Shown in pieces: positions 57,215 to 64,000 of a DNA stretch of 64,000 nt. The first letter of the stretch is position 1; every line of letters starts with the position of its first letter. Both the position numbers and the translations under genes were made by a program. The notes under the pieces were generated by a model, which searched no databases, had not been told where the DNA came from, and worked only from the letters and a program-made list of their open reading frames with translations. The DNA comes from Promethearchaeota archaeon (GTDB lineage Archaea > Asgardarchaeota > Thorarchaeia > Thorarchaeales > Thorarchaeaceae): the NCBI GenBank assembly GCA_014728035.1, contig WJMJ01000078.1, positions 128,001 to 192,000 on the forward strand. The letters run 5' to 3'.

Positions 57215-57531
57215 CAATCAAACAGATTGAGGATATGATTAGCACTCTTGTTGCGAGAGGACTCGGAATATATGGACGGGAAAAGATGGGAGAAATTTGT
57301 TTGACATCCGGTGTTGCATTGCTAGACGATAATACTACTGACTGGCTTACAGAAGATATCGAAACGGCATTGAACAAATTTCTTGTAAACTATGCGAAAT
57401 TCAATATAGCTGCAAAAATGACGGTTATGGTATTAGCTAAAAAATATGGAATCGAACTTCCAGAAGAGCTTCAAAGGAAGAAGAAACGTAAATCAAAATT
57501 CAGAAGATTACTAGAAAAAGTAAGAGGATAA
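57205..57531 (+). CDS. Small helical hypothetical protein, overlapping the ODP gene
   Basis: ATG at 57205 after GGAGGTG, overlapping the ODP stop codon; basic C-terminus. Confidence 0.7.
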   Translation: MAVTIKQIEDMISTLVARGLGIYGREKMGEICLTSGVALLDDNTTDWLTEDIETALNKFLVNYAKFNIAAKMTVMVLAKKYGIELPEELQRKKKRKSKFRRLLEKVRG

Positions 57532-57541
57532 TAATAGAAGA

Positions 57542-57562
57542 GGGAAGAGTTTTCCTCTTCCC
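57542..57562. terminator. Hairpin between convergent genes
   Basis: GGGAAGAG-TTTTC-CTCTTCCC. Confidence 0.5.
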
Positions 57563-57572
57563 CAAATTTACA

Positions 57573-58919
57573 TCAAATCGAGTCTGCGATGGCTTTGTCA
57601 AGACGTTCAACCGCATCATCAATATCTGCTTTTGTGATTACATAACTGGGTGTGAAACGGATGCAATTTTGCCCAGCACCTAAAATCCAAAGTTGATGCT
57701 TTTGCACAGCAGTCTTAACAATTTTATCACGAAGCTTTGGTGCCTTTTCCTTTGACTTCTTGTCTTTAACAAATTCTACACCAACCATCAAGCCAAGACC
57801 ACGAACATCCCCAATGACCTCGTACTTGTCTTTAAGCTCATTTAGACGTTTTATGAGATAAGCACCGTTTTCAGTATTCTTCTTGAGATAGTCACCGTCT
57901 TCAATCTGTTTTATTGTCCAGAGTGATAAAAGAGACATCTTTGGTTCTGCAGAGAATGTTTCAGAGTGACGAGATCCTTCTGTATACATAGGTGAAGGCC
58001 CAATAGAAGCACCCATTGGATACCCGCCACCAAGAGCTTTAGCCATTGAAACATAATCTGGAACGACACCATGATTTTCCATTGCACACCATTTGCCAGT
58101 TCTGCCCATCCCAGCTTGAACTTCATCTGACATGAAATACGCATCAATTTCCTTTGTTACGTCGTAGAATCCTTGTACTGCTTTAGAAGGAGGTACAATT
58201 AGTCCACCCTCACCACAAAGAGGCTCCATGACTGTAGCAGCAATATCATTTCCTTCCACCTGGAGAGCGTATCGTAAAGCTTCTACACATTCTAGACTAC
58301 AATCTTCCTCATTAGTGCCATAGGGACAACGATAGCAATAGGGATAGAAGACCCGAACTACATCCACCCCTTGTGGAAATCCTGATTTGTGTTTAGAATT
58401 GGAAGAGGTCAGTGCAAGGGCATACCCAGTTCGTCCATGAAATGCAGGACGAAATGCTACAAATCTACGTTTGCCTGAAAGGTCCATTGCAGATTTCATA
58501 CATCCTTCAACTGCACGCCCACCTGAAGTGGTAAATACAACGCGCTTTTTGTGATCGCCAGGAGTAAGAGTTGCAACCTTTTCTGCAAGCAAAGTCTGGG
58601 GAATTGCATCAAAATCCATTCCTGGTAGTTCCTTAATCACATCGTTAATCTTTTCTTCGAATTCCAAGTAAGGTTTGTACCTCAGACCAAGAGCCCGAAC
58701 CGCAACCCCACCAGTTACATCAAGATATTCCGTGCCCTCAACATCGAAAATTCTAACTCCTTCACCACGTGTATGGTCAAGGCAACCATATACAGCACGG
58801 TCTTGTGTAGTTAGTGCAAGAGCTTCTGATGCTCTCTGCTTCCAATAGTCGTTGGTCATATTTTTTGGATCTATATCAAATCCCAAATCTTTGAGAATTT
58901 GTATGTGCTTATCGTCCAT
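57573..58919 (-). CDS. Class III PLP aminotransferase (4-aminobutyrate/ornithine type)
   Basis: DVEGTEYLD, FHGRT, EPLCGEGG, DEVQAGMGRTG, MAKALGGG, RGLGLMVG. Confidence 0.9.
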   Translation of the reverse strand: MDDKHIQILKDLGFDIDPKNMTNDYWKQRASEALALTTQDRAVYGCLDHTRGEGVRIFDVEGTEYLDVTGGVAVRALGLRYKPYLEFEEKINDVIKELPGMDFDAIPQTLLAEKVATLTPGDHKKRVVFTTSGGRAVEGCMKSAMDLSGKRRFVAFRPAFHGRTGYALALTSSNSKHKSGFPQGVDVVRVFYPYCYRCPYGTNEEDCSLECVEALRYALQVEGNDIAATVMEPLCGEGGLIVPPSKAVQGFYDVTKEIDAYFMSDEVQAGMGRTGKWCAMENHGVVPDYVSMAKALGGGYPMGASIGPSPMYTEGSRHSETFSAEPKMSLLSLWTIKQIEDGDYLKKNTENGAYLIKRLNELKDKYEVIGDVRGLGLMVGVEFVKDKKSKEKAPKLRDKIVKTAVQKHQLWILGAGQNCIRFTPSYVITKADIDDAVERLDKAIADSI

Positions 58920-59066
58920 AGCTGTCACAATCCGTATAGGCAAGTCTGTTCGGGATAATTCTCTATTATCTAATTTGTGATGCAGGCGTCTTTTTCTCAA
59001 AGAGTCTAATTCATATTCAAAAAGAGGTAAGAAGGACCGCTCTTTGCGGCCCCACTATTTCAAAGG

Positions 59067-59402
59067 TTAAGCTAATACCATCAAGATGGCACCAATAATG
59101 ATGAGAATTCCAGGAAGGCCGCCACCAAAGATGTAAACAAGTATACCAAGGATGAGAATAATCACCCAGTTGTTATCGAACTTGAGCATTGGAATGCTAA
59201 CTACACCACTCGTAGCAAGTACAGCAAAAGATAAGATAATGAGAATTATTGCAGTAAAAATACCCAAAACGCTCAGGTCAATACCCGGTAATCCAAAAGT
59301 AAAAGGCATATTAAGGAGAGCAAGAATACCCCAAACTACTCCAAGAATTCCACCAAGCAATACTAGTAGATTTGCCAGTTTTTTAATGTCAGATTTTGCC
59401 AT
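59067..59402 (-). CDS. Small 4-TM membrane protein
   Basis: Hydrophobic Gly-rich helices; resembles the adjacent ORF. Confidence 0.7.
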   Translation of the reverse strand: MAKSDIKKLANLLVLLGGILGVVWGILALLNMPFTFGLPGIDLSVLGIFTAIILIILSFAVLATSGVVSIPMLKFDNNWVIILILGILVYIFGGGLPGILIIIGAILMVLA

Positions 59403-59438
59403 TATTGTTTCCTCGTTTTTCTACGTTTCAATATGCGT

Positions 59439-59807
59439 CTAAGACTTGGTTATAATTAGAAGCCCTGCTATTAGAATCATTAGCCCTGCAAGAGTTCCTA
59501 CATTCATAAGCCAACCAATTATGTCAAAGGACAATCCACGACCAACTAAGATAATTGCAACAAATCCAATTATTGTCAGTAGTAATCCATTTCTGTGTAT
59601 CATCCAATAGACAAAACCACAGGCATCAAACGCAAGAATTGCCATCACTAAGAGTGCAATTCCTAAAACTAATGTTACAACTCCGTCAAAAATTCCGTTA
59701 AGTATCTGGTTTAATCCATTGATAATATCGTTAAGAGCAAATATGATCAATACAATTCCACCAAGAAGTGTATAACCTTGTGCAGCTCCTTCTGCTTTAC
59801 AACCCAT
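59439..59807 (-). CDS. Small 4-TM membrane protein, probable paralog of 59067-59402
   Basis: Shared LLGGI, ..A.CG.V/..ATSGVV and G.L.I.AG/GA patterns. Confidence 0.7.
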   Translation of the reverse strand: MGCKAEGAAQGYTLLGGIVLIIFALNDIINGLNQILNGIFDGVVTLVLGIALLVMAILAFDACGFVYWMIHRNGLLLTIIGFVAIILVGRGLSFDIIGWLMNVGTLAGLMILIAGLLIITKS

Positions 59808-60037
59808 GTTTCCTCGTTCCTAGTGAGGTAGTTAGGTGAAATAGGACAATTATGTCCATAACCCAAGTCCTCGACTACTTTGTTAATGAAGAAGATAAGG
59901 TAAATACTTACCGATGAATTAGAAAACGATTTCGACAAATGCCGTTTTCATCTATAAGTCCTATCTAGGTAATACACAGATTGGTATTAGTGTGTGATAG
60001 AGAATCTATAGAGAATACTAGGATTGAGGTAGTCATC

Positions 60038-60907
60038 ATGAGATATCCATCATATGGAGAAGATAAACGAAGTGCACGTCCAGTGAGACTTGACAAGACT
60101 GAAGGTCATATTGTCATTGAAGGGCGGACATATCCAGCAAGAGAAATAGTTGAAGCTCTAGCTCAGAGTGGATATGCAGAAATCAAATCGGATGGCGACT
60201 CCCTAGTATTAGGAAGAAGAAGGATCACACCAATATTCAAATCGAGCCAAGAGCGCGCAATGGCATCTTTGTGTCATGGTAGTCTAGCATACTGCTGCCC
60301 TCTTTCAAAAAGGTGTGCTCAACGAAATCGAGCACTAGAAATGTTAGGCCTCACAAAAGAAGATTATGCAAGAATAAAGGATGACACTCATCATCATTAT
60401 ATCGAAGTAGCAAAAGGTTTGGTAAAAACGAGAGATTCTCACTACGACCAACCAAGAAGATCAGCAAATCAACCAGCAGTTGATCGAGGATATGGTAGAG
60501 ATGATTATCGTGAGGGTTTTGATGCTATTGAGCGAATGATTCAGGAGCGATCAAAACAACGAGATAGTAGAAGAAAATGGACCTCGGAAGCTCATGCACC
60601 CCAATCCCGGCAAAGAGAACATAACCCTCAGTATCCCAAACGTGAACAACAAAATCCATTCACAGATGTAGATGAAGAAGGATACCTTGCGGATGAACGA
60701 AAATCTTCAGTCCATTTACCAAGAGGTGCATCTTGTAGTTGCCCAGAAGAGGAGGAGGTTGAAGGTTTAGGTTCATTATTTATGCGAGGCGAACTAAGTC
60801 CATTCAGCGAAGATTCGAAAGAAGATACAACAAGATTCTGTTTCTCATGTGGTAGAACTATCAAAGCAGGGAAAAGAGAATGCCCTTACTGTGGAGCCTT
60901 AAGATAG
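60038..60907 (+). CDS. Protein with methanogenesis-marker-9-like Cys domain, disordered linker and C-terminal zinc ribbon
   Basis: LCHGSLAYCCPLSKRCAQRNRALEMLGLTKEDY; FCFSCG...ECPYCG. Confidence 0.55.
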   Translation: MRYPSYGEDKRSARPVRLDKTEGHIVIEGRTYPAREIVEALAQSGYAEIKSDGDSLVLGRRRITPIFKSSQERAMASLCHGSLAYCCPLSKRCAQRNRALEMLGLTKEDYARIKDDTHHHYIEVAKGLVKTRDSHYDQPRRSANQPAVDRGYGRDDYREGFDAIERMIQERSKQRDSRRKWTSEAHAPQSRQREHNPQYPKREQQNPFTDVDEEGYLADERKSSVHLPRGASCSCPEEEEVEGLGSLFMRGELSPFSEDSKEDTTRFCFSCGRTIKAGKRECPYCGALR

Positions 60908-60930
60908 AGGCTCACAGTAAGCTGAAAAAT

Positions 60931-61962
60931 CTAGTAATTACCAATAGCCGCCTCACGGCGAATGGAGTAATCTGTGGGATAGCTGAAAGTTGAGATAAAT
61001 CTAGTAACACCAGCTTCTTTTCCGAGGGCAGCTAGCTCATCAAACTGATCGATAGTGGAAATGCCCCATCGAAACAAAGATACCGAACCACCCCTTCGTT
61101 TGAATTCATTGGTGAAATACAGAGATTCGATCAATTCATTGTACTCTTTACTCCCTTTTGAAGGTAGCAAAGGAGACCAAGGATATAGATTGATAGCAAT
61201 ACTTCCAGTAGTTTGATTTATCCGTTGGTAATCATATCCATATTCAGCTTTTGCACCCTCTGAGAAGCCAGTTTCTGCATCAAGAAGGACCTCTGCAGTA
61301 ATCCTAAGGGGTTCTTCGCGGCCCATTTGAGCATCAACATCCTGCGCAGCTTCTTTGAGATATCCTAATCCTGAAATGACCTTATCCTGACGCCATTCAT
61401 GCCACTTCTTTCGATAATCATCATTTTCGATAATATATTCAAATGTCAATCTATCTGGTTCCTGTCCTACCAAAGGTGCGAATTCATTTCTACATCGTTC
61501 ACAAAAACAAAACTTCTCACGAATGAATCCAGAACCAAATACGAGAATCTCATCAATTGGATACGAGCCCAGCTCTTTTACTATCTCTGCACCATATTGC
61601 CAATATTCTTCACGGTTAGGACAGATTTGATGAGCCATGGTTTTTCCTTTTGGAGTCATAGTCTGATATTTGGGATCCTTCGCAAACCATCCATCAGTAT
61701 AGAAATCCATACTTACAACAGTCTTAATATCAAGAGCATCTGTAAGGTTAATCCATTCCTCAAAGAACCCTGTGAATGTATCCTCAACAGGTGCTGTTCG
61801 GCTTGGATAGATTGTGTAGCCATTAGGCCGTTTTCCAACAAGACCAATCTCTGTACAATATGAGGCGTATGTCGATAGGAATTCCTTTGCACCCATCTCT
61901 ACATCCTCAGGCTTGAATAAGATATTGAGCTTTTTCATAAAGAACTCGCGCCAGTTTGTCAT
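60931..61962 (-). CDS. TIM-barrel glycoside hydrolase-like protein (GHL10/DUF187-type) with CxCxxC
   Basis: ICPN.EE, FCFCERCR..F, W..WR. Confidence 0.55.
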   Translation of the reverse strand: MTNWREFFMKKLNILFKPEDVEMGAKEFLSTYASYCTEIGLVGKRPNGYTIYPSRTAPVEDTFTGFFEEWINLTDALDIKTVVSMDFYTDGWFAKDPKYQTMTPKGKTMAHQICPNREEYWQYGAEIVKELGSYPIDEILVFGSGFIREKFCFCERCRNEFAPLVGQEPDRLTFEYIIENDDYRKKWHEWRQDKVISGLGYLKEAAQDVDAQMGREEPLRITAEVLLDAETGFSEGAKAEYGYDYQRINQTTGSIAINLYPWSPLLPSKGSKEYNELIESLYFTNEFKRRGGSVSLFRWGISTIDQFDELAALGKEAGVTRFISTFSYPTDYSIRREAAIGNY

Positions 61963-62057
61963 GTTTGAAACCCCTTTTTATTTTTCGAATCTATTATCAG
62001 CTATTTACCAAAGGAACGAGCCCGTATTTATGGATTGTTAGCTGATACAGGTAATTT

Positions 62058-62462
62058 TCAGGTTTTTTTAGTTTTTACACGTGGTTCTGAGATAAAACCT
62101 ATCCGATTTCCATCAGGGTCGTGTGCAATTAGGATGGAAACCATGTTCGGGATATCATTAATTGGTTCTGTCTTCACCTTATGCTCTAGCAGATACCTTT
62201 CGGTCTTGTCTAAATCAAGTGTATCAAAATAAATTATCCCTGAGCCTGGAGTCACCTCACCTTCACGAAGGAGATTAAGACCGAGTCGAGTGCCTGGAAC
62301 AGGTAAATCAAGCTGACACCAGCCAACCTCATCACCGCCATCCCAAGTAACTTCGAGGCCGAGTACACGGTGGTAGAATTCCTTTGCACGCTCTAGATCT
62401 TTCACATCTAGCTCAAAGTAAATCGAATCCTTTCGCACAAGTTTTTCAAATAGTTCTGACAT
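62058..62462 (-). CDS. VOC/glyoxalase family protein
   Basis: VKDLERAKEFY..VLG, DPDGNRIGF. Confidence 0.9.
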   Translation of the reverse strand: MSELFEKLVRKDSIYFELDVKDLERAKEFYHRVLGLEVTWDGGDEVGWCQLDLPVPGTRLGLNLLREGEVTPGSGIIYFDTLDLDKTERYLLEHKVKTEPINDIPNMVSILIAHDPDGNRIGFISEPRVKTKKT

Positions 62463-62559
62463 GCTTTCATAAATATGCCGTGATATTTATTTCTTACAGA
62501 GTTTCCTATTCATTTAGTCGAATAGTATGAGCATGGAGATAGGTGAATCTATTCAATAG

Positions 62560-64000
62560 CTAGAAGAACTGATCAAGTGTGGTGAATCCTAGAAGTTCTT
62601 CAAAGTCAATTCCTACTGATTCAAGAACCTGCCCAAATACAGATTTCAAAGTGTCCATATATTTATCCTTGTCAAGCCAGTAGGCTTTCTGCTCTGCCAT
62701 TTGAACTGGTAGCACACCTTCATTGTCTTTGGTCTTGATGTACTCAATTATGGTGCCAGCTGGAACAGGGTATCCAGCTTCCTCTAACATCATCGCTGCC
62801 TTAACATGTTGGGGTTTTACCTTCCCATATTGTGAAACATCTTTTGTCATTTGCACTCGAAAAGCAAGATCACTTGGTGAGTAAGGTTCGGTCTTTCCTT
62901 CTAAACGGTCTAGAACAGCGTTTACAACTTCACGGATATATTCCTTTGCGGTTTCAAAGCCAGTAGGAGAATCAACCTCGCTCAAAATCTCCAACATGTC
63001 ACGAAATGCATCCTGAACAAAATCAGGGGTGTTTCGCTTCTTACCACTGAGCCCTTTCACTTCAACATACCCAGATTGATATACTCCAATGTAGTTCTTT
63101 TTCCGATCAGACAATGCAACATATTTGTATGTCTTCTCAACTTCTAAATCGATGCCTAGAACTGTACGTGACCATTCTATCAGTTCTGCTTGCTGTTCTT
63201 TAGTAGGGGCGTCTAAGAAAACAGAGTCTGTGTTATGAAGTAGAATTCCACCAAGACCACCACAAAAGTGATGATTGGCAGTTTCCAAATCATGAACAAA
63301 CCCATCGATATCAAATTCTTCAATCGCAATTATTCTAAGTGGAGTTCTCTTTCGTGGGTTAGATTTTCTTATACGTACTCTAATGAAATTGGTTTTATCA
63401 GGTCGTGTTGATAGATAATAATCATAATCTAGTCGAGTAAGAATCATTGTTAGTCCTTGAAGAAGAGAAAAATCGATGGAGCCAAAACTGATAGAACCAC
63501 CTTGAGTTTCATGACCATCACCTGCAAGGTAACCTTTCAAAAATGATTCCTGAGATTCTTTACATGCATCTAGGATAAATGACGGAACTATTTTCTCGCG
63601 AGAATGCTTTGAATGACAACATTCAAAGAAAGTGATAATTCTTTCAAAATCACATTTAGCTGTGAGATAGCTCATACCATCTGAAGCATCAATAATAGCC
63701 GATGGAAAACCAAATTGCCATAAAATATTTTGACCCTTCTCCAATAAGGTTCTATCCTGATTTGCGATTCTCCAACTCTTTTTTCTTTTTACACCCTCAC
63801 CATATCTACCAGATGTGCCATCTGCTGCATAGAAACCTAATATCCAAGCAAGATCCAAATTGACAACGTTCTGTCCATCAAGACAGGGTTCGTACCTTTC
63901 AATTTCATCACCAACACTCAAATTCTTTGGACTGACCTCTTTTCCGCCAACAACTAGGGAATGGTCTTCTGTAGTTTCAACGTACCCTTTATCGGTCAGT
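62560..64000 (-). CDS. polB1: Family B DNA polymerase, PolB1 type; 5' part lies outside the window; contains an intein
   Basis: C-extein TDSVFL, KKNYIGV, VKGLSGKKRNTP, PQHVKAA; reading frame is open to the window edge. Confidence 0.88.
   Translation of the reverse strand, partial: LTDKGYVETTEDHSLVVGGKEVSPKNLSVGDEIERYEPCLDGQNVVNLDLAWILGFYAADGTSGRYGEGVKRKKSWRIANQDRTLLEKGQNILWQFGFPSAIIDASDGMSYLTAKCDFERIITFFECCHSKHSREKIVPSFILDACKESQESFLKGYLAGDGHETQGGSISFGSIDFSLLQGLTMILTRLDYDYYLSTRPDKTNFIRVRIRKSNPRKRTPLRIIAIEEFDIDGFVHDLETANHHFCGGLGGILLHNTDSVFLDAPTKEQQAELIEWSRTVLGIDLEVEKTYKYVALSDRKKNYIGVYQSGYVEVKGLSGKKRNTPDFVQDAFRDMLEILSEVDSPTGFETAKEYIREVVNAVLDRLEGKTEPYSPSDLAFRVQMTKDVSQYGKVKPQHVKAAMMLEEAGYPVPAGTIIEYIKTKDNEGVLPVQMAEQKAYWLDKDKYMDTLKSVFGQVLESVGIDFEELLGFTTLDQFF
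63232..64000 (-). mobile_element. Intein with LAGLIDADG homing endonuclease at the (YG)D^TDS site; N-terminus outside the window
   Basis: Block B TTEDH, LAGLIDADG motifs ILGFYAADG and FLKGYLAGDG, block F VHDLET, block G LLHN followed by Thr+1. Confidence 0.93.

Noticed and set aside
1-64000. CRISPR array, cas genes, IS transposases, integrase at tRNA-His
   Set aside because: No regularly spaced repeats, transposase or integrase motifs, or duplicated tRNA 3' end seen

Overview
Gene-dense archaeal chromosome segment, almost certainly from an Asgard archaeon (Thorarchaeia-like by gene content; the lineage call is inference). It has archaeal core genes (tes, GGPP and DGGGP synthases, tgtA, mfnA, tfb, argS, aspS, tRNA-His, and a PolB1-type polymerase interrupted by a LAGLIDADG intein) alongside eukaryotic-signature proteins (ESCRT cluster, small GTPase, two longin proteins, Yip1). 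Highlights: (1) an ESCRT locus at 43.8-48.9 kb where ESCRT-I core helical-hairpin modules appear fused into other subunits, as a Vps28-N/Vps22 fusion and a Zn-finger/coiled-coil/GLUE-like PH/steadiness-box protein, next to ESCRT-III, Vps4 and Vps25; (2) an NPRL2 (GATOR1)-like longin/winged-helix gene directly upstream of an ODP-type di-iron oxygen sensor and a coupled small protein; (3) a secreted caspase/CHAT-like protease fused to a hydrophobic toxin-like C-terminus, next to a nucleotidyltransferase remnant; (4) three membrane-anchored surface proteins sharing one domain (two are phosphoesterases), divergent from an ABC importer; (5) structured non-coding regions and recurrent 3'-end hairpins. 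All homology calls come from motif recognition by eye; no database search was run.
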